Assembly (NCBI RefSeq): GCF_035285525.1
Contig: NZ_JAYKGW010000181.1
Span: forward strand, 1 to 32,000
Length of the DNA: 32,000 nt
Direction: 5' to 3'
From: Okeania sp.
GTDB taxonomy: Bacteria; Cyanobacteriota; Cyanobacteriia; Cyanobacteriales; Microcoleaceae
In this document: positions 16,995 through 25,186 of the stretch, piece after piece
Position numbering within the stretch: the first letter of the stretch is position 1
How the letters are laid out: each line of letters starts with the position of its first letter
Position numbers and translations under genes: made by a program
The notes under the pieces: generated by a model
Told to the model about the DNA's origin: nothing
What the model saw: the letters and a program-made list of their open reading frames with translations, nothing else
Database searches by the model: none

Positions 16995-17275
16995 CCATAC
17001 GCAAACCCTAATTAAGGCTTGCTAATGAAATCTTAAAGCATTAACATTAATCATGGTTTGAACAATTTTAGGTGCTGATTTATCGCGAACCATAAAAGTA
17101 CCAGCTTTTCAGTTAATGGAGCGGAAAAAGTGAAGATTTAGGGGTAATTATGACAGAAAAATTCAGGGGGGATTATGAATGACCACATCTTCTACAACTC
17201 CCCTAAATCCTAACTCTTAACTACTACCTACTCCCTACTTCCCAACGCTAACAAAAAGACTTTTTTAGCCAACCT
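16995..17275. repeat. Interspersed ~260-280 bp repeat, family R1, copy a
   Basis: CCATACGCAAACCCTAATTAAGGCTTGCTAAT...TTTTAGGTGCTGATTTATCGCGAACCATAAAAGTACCAG...GTAATTATGACAGAAAAA...GGGGATTATGAATGACCAC...TCTACAACTCCCC...CTAACTCT is colinear with 26985-27245. Partial relatives lie at 27246-27420, 17440-17600, 5745-5830 and, in reverse orientation, about 9290-9535. Confidence 0.7.
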
Positions 17276-17687
17276 AGATACATTGATAATACCCATAAAT
17301 CTTTTAAAAAAAATTACTCCCCTACTCCCCAAAAAAACTTTTTCAGCTAACCCTATTTATACCATTTATCCATGAAGTTGCCCTTAATAAAAGGTAAAAG
17401 TTGTTGAAAAATTAAGGTCTGGGTAAGAATTATTAAGCGCATTGTTACAGAGAAATGGTATTAGAGCTTGCTGATTAAATTTAAAGGCTTTGATAGATAA
17501 AAATTTTAGCTTTTTAGGTAGAGAAAAAGTACCTGATTTTGAGCTGCTTAATGCACGGTTCCCGAAAAATCGAAAAGTTACCATTTTAGGCGCATACATA
17601 AATAGTTGAGGAAAAAAAATACTTTCCTGTTCCCCTACTCCCCTACTCTTTAAAAAATACTTTTTTAGCCAACCCTATTTAAGTTTA

Positions 17688-17715
17688 TTCCTTCCTCCTT
17701 CCTCCTTCCTCCTTC
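17688..17715. repeat. Heptamer repeat (CTCCTTC)x4
   Basis: ttccttc ctccttc ctccttc ctccttc, read directly. It ends 8 nt before the stop of the 17724-18320 gene. Confidence 0.9.
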
Positions 17716-17723
17716 AACCCTAA

Positions 17724-18320
17724 TTAACTTACAAAACTCGTTAAAATTCCTAAAATTTTTGGTAAATTATTAATCGAATATTCCTCTAAATCAACTGTAA
17801 TAGTTGGAAAATCTAACTCTATAAATTGCCAAATAGTTCCTGTAGTAACAACTCCATAAATTTTAGGAATTTCATTATTTTCTCTTTGATTAAAAATTTT
17901 AGTAGCGATCATTTCTGCCATACATTGAGCTAATCCTAACTTAATATTATCGTTTTTTGCCTCTACCAAAACAACGACTGGTGCTTGAATTAAAATTTGC
18001 AAGCTCGAACGACTAATAATAAAATCACAAAAGCCATTTAAACCCTGTTCAATATCCACATTAAACTCTACACCTGAAAAAATACTGATTTGGTTATTTA
18101 AGTGTTTTTTTATCGCAAACAAAATTGGCGCAATAATTAATTCTGAACGAGCTTTTTCTGTACCAATAGCAACAGCAAACGGTAAGTAATATTGCAATGC
18201 ATCTTGTAAAAATTGACTCGGTGTAATTTCTGACAAGTTATTAAACTTTCCCACTGTTTCAGCTATAGTTAAATTAAAAGTTTTTTGTAACTCTTCTATA
18301 GTGAATTTACTGTAAGGCAT
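17724..18320 (-). CDS. Hypothetical protein with a predicted PD-(D/E)xK nuclease fold
   Basis: 198 aa. The pattern is SELIIAPIL ... GFCDFIIS ... PVVVLVEAKNDNIKLGLAQCMAEM ... IYGVVTTGTIWQFI. It fits the helix-E / D / E-x-K / Q layout of restriction-endonuclease-like proteins such as the HsdR N-terminal-like family common in cyanobacteria. This is inferred from motifs only. Confidence 0.55.
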   Translation of the reverse strand: MPYSKFTIEELQKTFNLTIAETVGKFNNLSEITPSQFLQDALQYYLPFAVAIGTEKARSELIIAPILFAIKKHLNNQISIFSGVEFNVDIEQGLNGFCDFIISRSSLQILIQAPVVVLVEAKNDNIKLGLAQCMAEMIATKIFNQRENNEIPKIYGVVTTGTIWQFIELDFPTITVDLEEYSINNLPKILGILTSFVS

Positions 18321-18349
18321 TAGTCTTAATTTTGGTTAAATAAGGAAAC

Positions 18350-18493
18350 AAGGAAGAAGGAAGAAGGAAGAAGGAAGAAGAAAGAAGAAAGAAGGAAGAA
18401 GGAAGAAGGAAGAAGGAAGAAGGAAGAAGGAAGAAGGAAGAAGGAAGAAGAAAGAAGGAAGAAGAAAGAAGGAAGAAGGAAGAAGGAAGAAGG
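18350..18493. repeat. Long heptamer tandem array, about 20 units of GGAAGAA with GAAAGAA variants
   Basis: Read directly. It starts 30 nt upstream of the start codon of the minus-strand gene 17724-18320, so it sits in that gene's leader or promoter region. Confidence 0.95.
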
Positions 18494-18675
18494 CAAAAAC
18501 TTTTAACAAAAACGTATAAACTATAGAGACAACTATCTAAAATTAATTGGAGTAGCTATTTTTAAGTATTTCCGATCAACATTCACCTTATTTGTAGCAT
18601 TCTTTTTTCAAAATACTGTAATATAGAACCCGGTTATATAGTATATGTTCATAATTCTATCTAAACTTCAATCTT

Positions 18676-18710
18676 CCCATCACCCCATCACCCCATCACC
18701 CCATCACCCC
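18676..18710. repeat. Octamer tandem repeat (CCCATCAC)x4
   Basis: Read directly. Confidence 0.9.
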
Positions 18711-18767
18711 CAACTATATAATAATTATTCAACCGGATTTTATATAACTTTTGACTTTGTACAGTTT

Positions 18768-18805
18768 CCCAAAATAAAACTCACCAGATGTTATCTGGTG
18801 AGTTT
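18768..18805 (-). terminator. Rho-independent terminator (minus strand), probably for rnz
   Basis: AAACTCACCAGAT (18777-18789), loop GTT, ATCTGGTGAGTTT (18793-18805): a perfect 13-bp stem. On the minus strand the stem runs into TTTTATTTTGGG. It lies about 265 nt downstream of the rnz stop. Confidence 0.7.
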
Positions 18806-19070
18806 CCTATGTAGCTATTAAGAGTCTAAAATTTCCCCGACCAAAGGGAAACAACTTCTAGACAACCCTGCATACATGACTCAATTTATTCACGACCAAT
18901 TTGCTGGTATTATTATAGCACATTAGGAAGCAATTGCTAATCTACCTAGAAAAAAATTTCTATAACCAGAACTTAACTTCAGAAATTTAGATGGTCTGTT
19001 TTTCGGAAAGGTAGTGACAGGTCTAGGCGATCGCTCCTATTCTCTGCCAAAAAGACTTGAAAAAATCCCC

Positions 19071-20048
19071 TTATGTATTACCATTATATAAAGTCTTTTT
19101 TTCTATTATGTCAGGACTTACACATTTAGGAATTTCATAACTTAGAAAATCATAAGCCATGTCAGTATTAGGAAAAATCGCCCGTGCCTCCTGTAGCAAA
19201 TCATCTAATAAAATTGGATTTCCCGGAGCATATCTAGGACTAAAATGAGTCATCATCAAATGTTTAACACCCGCAGCTAAAGCTACCTGTGCGGCCATAG
19301 TCGAAGTAGAATGCAATCTTTGAAAAGCCATATCTGCATCCTGATGAGAAAAAGTTGCTTCATGTACCAGTAAATCTGCACCTTGAGCCAATTCTACAGC
19401 TCCATCACAAAAAACAGTATCAGTACAATAAACAAACTTTCGGCCTGGTTGGGGTGCGCCACATAAATCAGCCCCATTAATTTTCCGTCCATCAGATATT
19501 GTCACCCATTCTCCCCTTTTTAGCTTGCCATAAACTGGACCTGGAGGAATCCCCAAAGCCTTAGCCTTTTCTACATTAAAATGTCCTGGTCGATCCTTTT
19601 CTGTCACCCGATAACCAAAAGCTGTTACCCGATGTTTCAAATAACCACAACTAACAATATATTCATCATCCTCATAAATAATACCAGGTCTACTCTCATA
19701 AACCTTAATCGGATAAGCTAAATGAGTTTGAGAATATCGCAGACCAGCTTTAAGATAATCATCTAATTGAGGTGGACCGTATATATCGACACTTTTAACA
19801 TTTCCCCCTAAACCACAACTAGCTAATAACCCGGTCAAACCAAAAACATGGTCGCCGTGCATATGGGTAATAAAAATACGACTGAGTTGACTAACCTTAA
19901 GTTCACTACGGAGAAACTGATGTTGGGTTCCTTCACCACAATCAAACAACCATAACTCAGCCCTTTGAGGTAAACGTAGAGCAATACTTGAAACATTACG
20001 AGAGGGAGTTGGAACACCAGAACTGGTTCCTAGAAAAGTTATCTGCAA
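19071..20048 (-). CDS. rnz: Ribonuclease Z (tRNA 3' processing endonuclease)
   Basis: 325 aa: [22 protein letters not shown]...[12 protein letters not shown]...[12 protein letters not shown] (the HxHxDH metallo-beta-lactamase motif), plus C-terminal HEATF and HFSPRY motifs. Confidence 0.95.
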   Translation of the reverse strand: MQITFLGTSSGVPTPSRNVSSIALRLPQRAELWLFDCGEGTQHQFLRSELKVSQLSRIFITHMHGDHVFGLTGLLASCGLGGNVKSVDIYGPPQLDDYLKAGLRYSQTHLAYPIKVYESRPGIIYEDDEYIVSCGYLKHRVTAFGYRVTEKDRPGHFNVEKAKALGIPPGPVYGKLKRGEWVTISDGRKINGADLCGAPQPGRKFVYCTDTVFCDGAVELAQGADLLVHEATFSHQDADMAFQRLHSTSTMAAQVALAAGVKHLMMTHFSPRYAPGNPILLDDLLQEARAIFPNTDMAYDFLSYEIPKCVSPDIIEKKTLYNGNT

Positions 20049-20532
20049 AACCTAAAATTTCCTCATTGAAATTCTACCGACTTTGAACTTGAGAGATTAA
20101 CCTGGGATTCGTAAACTCTATAATTCCCAAGTCGAAGTTTTTTCTGGTCTAAATGTTTGTTCCACAGTACATTGCTAATCCGACTGCTCTTCTAAACACT
20201 CATAGTCCAGCTATCTTAGTATACAATTAGCAAATTTCTGCTCAAAGTGCAACCAAGAAAAATATCTGTAGTGGACTATTTCAACTTAAATGGTGCATGA
20301 CTTTTTGATTCTGTCTAGACAAGGAAGACAAGAAAGACAAGGAAGAAAATCGCTCTGCACATTTTTAGATGAAACAATCAAGTAGGGAAAAATATAAATC
20401 TGTAAGTCTGGTCAAGAAATCTTTTAGCTGAAGCAATAATCATCCTTTGAATGAGAACCCTGAGCTTTTGAAGTCAAGTAGTATGTTAAACTGTTATATT
20501 TGTTTTGGCTTCATCCTAAATTAACCTACCAC

Positions 20533-20567
20533 AAATATAAAATCAAAAATATAAAATCAAAAATATG
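20533..20567. repeat. 14-bp direct repeat x2.5 (AAATATAAAATCAA) running into the start codon of the SpoIID-domain gene
   Basis: Units lie at 20533-20546 and 20547-20560, with a partial third unit AAATATG whose ATG (20565-20567) is the annotated start. Confidence 0.85.
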
Positions 20568-21731
20568 AGTTCTGGATTACTTTTTATTTCTTTTATTACT
20601 CCTACTATTAAACCATTAAAACGTTATTGGTGGATATCTATTCTAACATGGATATTAATGATTGCTCCTGCCCAAGCCTCCCTGAGCTTAAGAATTTCAA
20701 TTCGAGAAGGAGCAAAACAAGTTAAAATAGGAAGTTCTACAAACGCCATAATTAGAGATAATCTAGGTAGAGAAATTGGAGAATTACGACCAGCTCAAGG
20801 CTTTGCAGCCGAACTTAAATCCGGAAAAGTCTCTTTAGCCAACTGGAGTTCCGGTCAAATATGGATCGAACCCAAAGGAGAAGGTTATGTATGGATAGGC
20901 GATCGCTGGTATAGAGGTCGTACTCAACTTATCCCTCATAAAGGAGGTATAACTGCTATTAACTATGTAAATATTGAAGAATATCTATATAGTGTTATTG
21001 GAGCTGAAATGAATGGTAATTGGCCACAAGAAGCACTAAAAGCCCAGGCTGTTGCAGCCCGTTCATACGCCCTAAATAAGCGTCAAGAAAATCTTAACAA
21101 CTTTTATGATCTAGGTAATGACCAATATTGGCAAGTATATCAAGGAATTGAAAAAGAATCTCCAGGAACTTACGCTGCGGTGGACGCGACTCAAGGTCAA
21201 GTGCTTACCTACAATGGTCAAATTATTTTAGCTTTGTTCCATTCATCTTCTGGAGGACACACAGAAAATGTAGAAGATGTTTGGTCAAACCCATTACCTT
21301 ACCTCCGCGCTGTTCCTGACTTTGACCAAGATGCTCCAGTTTATCAATGGACTAAATCATTTTCTCAAGGAGAATTAAAGCAACGAATCTCAGGAATAGG
21401 AAATATTCTGTCCATGACACCTCTGACAACTACTCCCCACGGTAGTGTTACTACTATTAAGGTTTTAGGGGATGGAGGGTTGAAAACTCTGGAAGGTTCA
21501 GACTTGACAGCAGCTCTAGGATTAAAAAGTACCAGATTTACAATTCGGATCAAGAAAAATGAAGGTCAAAAAGTTCCCACCAGTTTTCAATTTATGGGAA
21601 AAGGTTTTGGTCACGCGGTAGGAATGAGTCAATGGGGAGCTTATAATTTAGCTCGAAATGGATATAATTACCACCAAATTTTATTGTACTATTATCAAGG
21701 CGCAACTTTAGCCAGAATTGATGTTCGCTAA
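20565..21731 (+). CDS. SpoIID/LytB domain-containing protein (putative peptidoglycan lytic transglycosylase/amidase enhancer)
   Basis: 388 aa. It has an N-terminal hydrophobic signal/anchor, then EEYLYSVIGAEMNGNWPQEALKAQAVAARSYAL, FHSSSGGHTENVEDVW and GHAVGMSQWGA, all typical of the SpoIID family. Confidence 0.9.
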   Translation: MSSGLLFISFITPTIKPLKRYWWISILTWILMIAPAQASLSLRISIREGAKQVKIGSSTNAIIRDNLGREIGELRPAQGFAAELKSGKVSLANWSSGQIWIEPKGEGYVWIGDRWYRGRTQLIPHKGGITAINYVNIEEYLYSVIGAEMNGNWPQEALKAQAVAARSYALNKRQENLNNFYDLGNDQYWQVYQGIEKESPGTYAAVDATQGQVLTYNGQIILALFHSSSGGHTENVEDVWSNPLPYLRAVPDFDQDAPVYQWTKSFSQGELKQRISGIGNILSMTPLTTTPHGSVTTIKVLGDGGLKTLEGSDLTAALGLKSTRFTIRIKKNEGQKVPTSFQFMGKGFGHAVGMSQWGAYNLARNGYNYHQILLYYYQGATLARIDVR

Positions 21732-21735
21732 AAAT

Positions 21736-22140
21736 AAAATTCATGCGTTCAAAAGTAAGATTTTATAGACCCAAAACTTTTATGGCACAGTAATTTTAGG
21801 TAATTATTTGACATTTTAAAGTAGAAAACTATTTCTAACATTATTTTTTAAAATTGGTATAATAACAATTGCTTAGGCAAAATTAATTATCTAATTTTAC
21901 TTCCAAATTATAGAGCATATATGTTTTTCAGCAGATAAAATTCAAAATTCATGCGTTCAAAAGTAAGATTTTATAGACCCAAAACTTTTATGGCACAGTA
22001 ATTTTAGGTAATTATTTGACATTTTAAAGTAGAAAACTATTTTTAACATTCTTTTTTAAAATTGGTATAATAACAATTGCTTAGGCAAAATTAATTATCT
22101 AATTTTACTTCCAAATTATAGAGCATATATGTTTTTCAGC
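21736..22140. repeat. Near-perfect tandem duplication, 2 x 197 bp with an 11-bp spacer (period 208 bp)
   Basis: Copy 1 is 21736-21932 and copy 2 is 21944-22140. I find only 2 mismatches (ctatttCtaacattAtttttt versus ctatttTtaacattCtttttt). Copy 1 begins 5 nt after the SpoIID-domain stop. Confidence 0.9.
22043..22071 (+). promoter_or_regulatory. Near-consensus sigma70-type promoter with extended -10 (copy 2 of the duplication)
   Basis: TTAACA (22043-22048), a 17-nt spacer ending in TG, then TATAAT (22066-22071); read together the TG and hexamer give TGGTATAAT. Copy 1 has CTAACA-N17-TATAAT at 21835-21863. AT-rich DNA produces such matches easily, so this is tentative. Confidence 0.35.
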
Positions 22141-22339
22141 TTGAAAGTATGTGTAATTAATTCTGCATAACTACTTAACTAAATTACTAATTGCTATCAT
22201 ATTACTTTTGCCCTCGCACCTCTGAAAAATTTCTGGTATAAGTAGAGCCATATTTTTGAAATAACAAATCCAAAAGTGGGAATGTATCTTAGTAGAAGTA
22301 AGTTCTTATCCTTTTGGCGATAAGCTGATTAATTTATAT

Positions 22340-22492
22340 GTGTCAAATAGTCAAGAATGGCGACAATGGAAAGATAGAAAATTATACGAATTAGTTAATC
22401 ATTTCGGTGATGAAGAATATGAATTAGTCAGCTTTAGTCATCACTCAAAATCTGACAATAATTATCTTATCTTTAAATGTCCGAAAATTTAA
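22340..22492 (+). CDS. Small ORF of uncertain start, possibly a frameshifted ~70-codon gene
   Basis: The frame is open from 22265 to TAA 22490-22492 (..LVEVSSYPFGDKLINLYVSNSQEWRQWKDRKLYELVNHFGDEEYELVSFSHHSKSDNNYLIFKCPKI*). The only in-frame canonical start is GTG 22340. ATG 22282 (MYL..) is in the +1-shifted frame and stops after 13 codons. Confidence 0.3.
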   Translation: MSNSQEWRQWKDRKLYELVNHFGDEEYELVSFSHHSKSDNNYLIFKCPKI

Positions 22493-23089
22493 GCATCTAG
22501 CTATTAGTCATCAACTAAGGAAGGAAGCAAAATTTAATTTAAAATATAATACTAAGACGCATTTAAAATGCTTTTTAGGAATCCAGAATCCATAATTAAT
22601 TAGCAATAAGGGTTGCATTATTAACTATGGTTTATTGATTAAATTATAGAAGAATTGAGATATCAAAGTTTTAGAGTTTTTAGGTATCAAAAAAGCGGGA
22701 ACTTTTAGGCTACTGACGCTGCAAAAATTGAGGATTTTTGGCTGACTATTTATTATAAAATAATCGCTCTTACCCCACATTCCGACCAAATCCTTTGTAA
22801 CTCTTATCTCTCTTAACTCTGTACGGAAGTTCCACGCAACATCCCTACGACTCCCTAACTCAACAAAAAGACTGAAGAAGCGCAAACCCTAACTTAAGAA
22901 TATAACAAATATGCGGTTGAAATGCTTAACAGTTTACATAACTTCTCTACTATTTGTCTAGTTTTAAATTCAGAAAAATATTGATAAATCATAGCCTGAA
23001 AAGCCAGATATTATTAACCAATAGCCAACAAATAATAACTAAATACTTACCCGAAATTTATAATCTAACATTATAGATACTTTATAGTT

Positions 23090-24439
23090 TCAACTAATAT
23101 TTTCAGTATCTGATTCTTCTAACCTCCTTTGCCATTCAACATTAATTTTATCTACCTGTTCAACTTCCTGTTTTATCATATCCTTTTCCGTTGTATAAGC
23201 TAAATCTTGACTACTAATAATTGTTTCTTTAGCAAATTCTTTAGCATAATTAATTTTCTGCCTTAATAAATTATTAGCATGATTTAAAGCCACAGCTCTT
23301 TTTTGCCTTTCTTGATTCCGTTTTTCAACTTTATCATTTCGCCATTGTACCCAAAAATAACGAATTAATGGTAACACTAAAAAACTAATACCATAAATAA
23401 GTAGTAGAGGATAAATAACTTCAACAAAAGCAATAAATCCACCAATCTGAGCTGCCACTGTACCATCTTTTAACAAAGAACCCAAAACCAAAGCACCAAC
23501 AAAATTAACAATACCTAATCCGGTTGCTAACATTATCTGCCCAGAACTTGCCTCACTAAAACGCCAAGATTTTTCCTTTAAATAAGCAGAAACAGGTTGA
23601 TTATTCCATTCTTTCGCTGTTGTTTGTAACTCAGAAAAATGATATACAATTTGACCATCAGGACTAACTTCCGGGCGACCGTTAAAACGAATCAATACTG
23701 GTAAAATATACTCCTCATATTCCAGAGTATATCCTTTTCCTAAATCATCCAAATAAGGAGCAACTTGTTCAGCAACTACCGCCCCTTGATTATTCTTAAT
23801 TACAGTAGCGATCGCCTGCCAACGTTCCTCATTTAAAAAGTAATTAGGGTTGCCATCTCCAAATAAAAAAGAAAATACAGCCTCCAAAAAATTCATTTTA
23901 TTTTCCTTACCTGAAGTTCGATATTTTTGTCTTTCGCCTTGATATTTATAACGTTCATTATAATATCCCCAATTAAACAAATCAAACAAATCAGGAATGA
24001 AAATAAACCGAGGGAAAAATGCCATTCCACCACCCGAACTTTTACCCCCACCACCTGAGTCATTTCGTTCACTGCTAGAATTAATTGAAATAACAATAAT
24101 AGCAATAGCAACCATGATAATTATTAAAGAAAGTATCAATAAAATCCCAAAAGAAATTCTAATTAAATAAAACAATATCCGCCCAACTTTTTCCCACCAT
24201 TCTCTTAATCTTAATCGCCAAAATTTGTTGCGTAAAACACCTCTAAAATTCTTAGGAAATAAATAAGCAATTTCCCCTGATTCTGATACTTGTAAATGAC
24301 CGCCAGCATCTGTAGCTAAAGCCAATAATCCTGGTTCTACAACTTTAACATCTAATCCAGCTTGAGCCGCTACATCTCCCACAGTAACCCGGTAGTCCAA
24401 ACTCTCGATCGCTGTCATTATCCTAAGATTTGGAGTCAT
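23090..24439 (-). CDS. Conserved membrane protein of unknown function
   Basis: 449 aa. It has a soluble N-terminal module (DYRVTVGDVAAQAGLDV...GHLQVSESGEIAYLFP), a TM helix, a Gly/Ser-rich linker (GGGGKSSGGG), a second similar soluble module (VVAEQVAPYLDD...PEVSPDGQIVYHF), two or three further TM helices and a charged coiled C-terminus. No enzymatic motif was recognised. An alternative start is Met8. Confidence 0.75.
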   Translation of the reverse strand: MTPNLRIMTAIESLDYRVTVGDVAAQAGLDVKVVEPGLLALATDAGGHLQVSESGEIAYLFPKNFRGVLRNKFWRLRLREWWEKVGRILFYLIRISFGILLILSLIIIMVAIAIIVISINSSSERNDSGGGGKSSGGGMAFFPRFIFIPDLFDLFNWGYYNERYKYQGERQKYRTSGKENKMNFLEAVFSFLFGDGNPNYFLNEERWQAIATVIKNNQGAVVAEQVAPYLDDLGKGYTLEYEEYILPVLIRFNGRPEVSPDGQIVYHFSELQTTAKEWNNQPVSAYLKEKSWRFSEASSGQIMLATGLGIVNFVGALVLGSLLKDGTVAAQIGGFIAFVEVIYPLLLIYGISFLVLPLIRYFWVQWRNDKVEKRNQERQKRAVALNHANNLLRQKINYAKEFAKETIISSQDLAYTTEKDMIKQEVEQVDKINVEWQRRLEESDTENIS

Positions 24440-24848
24440 AAAATTACCTCAGATATAATTAATCTATTTATTTAAAATTATAGACAAAAAGTCAATAATA
24501 CCAAGCACGATAAATGTTTGTTACAAATGGTCATTGCAGTTAATAGCTGTTTCCAATGAATTGGAGCAGATATTTTTAAGTATTGCAGTTATGATATTGA
24601 TGAGGTACACTATTTATCTTATCCGATCTATTCCATGTTCCTTAAAATCCCAAATTTCTGTACCTTAAAAATTTGAGAATCCCTAAAACTCTATAAATTT
24701 TAATCCTAACAGTAACTATAATCTTATGTATATAAAATCTTATTTACAAAGACAAATTTTGTGAAAATGTGGTCAAAATTATTCTAATTACATATTATCA
24801 ATTTGAGAACAGAAAACACAACTATAGAAAAATAATTGAAAAATTAAC

Positions 24849-25100
24849 GTAAGCATTCAGTTTTTGAACTCATGCCAACAATTACTAAAGCTAGCTGATG
24901 AGCTTATAGCTTTTAATTCTCTTAGAGACTAATTCTTCCTTCTCAGAACTATAAAAGTGAAAGCCAAACATTTAATCTCCTTTTATTTCTTATTCAGCTA
25001 ATATCCATTTAAAATGTGTATTAGTAAATCATAAATTAGAAGTAATAAGAGTTGTATTCTTAACTAGACACACAACAAATATGTGGTTTAAATACTTAAC
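24849..25100. mobile_element. Probable divergent member of the GTAAGCATTCAG-TIR MITE family
   Basis: The left end is GTAAGCATTCAGTTTTTG (24849-). The right end is ..GGTTTAAATACTTAAC (-25100). A similar pair TTAAGCATCTAGCTATTAG (22489-) ... GGTTGAAATGCTTAAC (-22935) lies on the other side of the 23090-24439 gene. Confidence 0.35.
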
Positions 25101-25102
25101 TT

Positions 25103-25176
25103 GTTACTTGCTTGTTACTTCTTACTTCTTACTTCTTACTTCTTACTTCTTACTTATTACTTATTACTTCTTCCTT
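25103..25176. repeat. Heptamer tandem array (CTTACTT/ATTACTT/GTTACTT), about 10 units
   Basis: Read directly. It ends 10 nt upstream of the recN ATG (25187). Confidence 0.9.
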
Positions 25177-25186
25177 CCTTGAATAA

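Noticed and set aside
17384-17599. 71-aa minus-strand ORF
   Set aside because: It lies entirely inside dispersed repeat copies. 17384-17470 is the reverse complement of 4875-4965, and 17440-17600 is an R1 partial copy. It is likely non-coding.
18350-18493. Long tandem arrays considered as possible CRISPR arrays
   Set aside because: The units are 7-8 bp with no unique spacers. This is incompatible with CRISPR repeat-spacer architecture, and no cas genes are in the window.
22625-22885. 86-aa minus-strand ORF
   Set aside because: It overlaps repeat-derived sequence. The block AAAGACTGAAGAAGCGCAAACCCTA at its 5' end recurs at 5913-5940. It sits inside a probable MITE (22489-22935) and has no recognisable motifs.
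22886-25100. About 34-bp direct repeats (AACAAATATG.GGTT.AAAT.CTTAAC) flanking the 23090-24439 membrane-protein gene, considered as att-like sites of an integrated or excisable cassette
   Set aside because: Each repeat is better explained as the right terminus of a divergent member of the GTAAGCATTCAG-TIR MITE family. Matching left termini lie at 22489 and 24849. The enclosed gene looks like a conserved chromosomal gene, and no integrase or recombinase is present.
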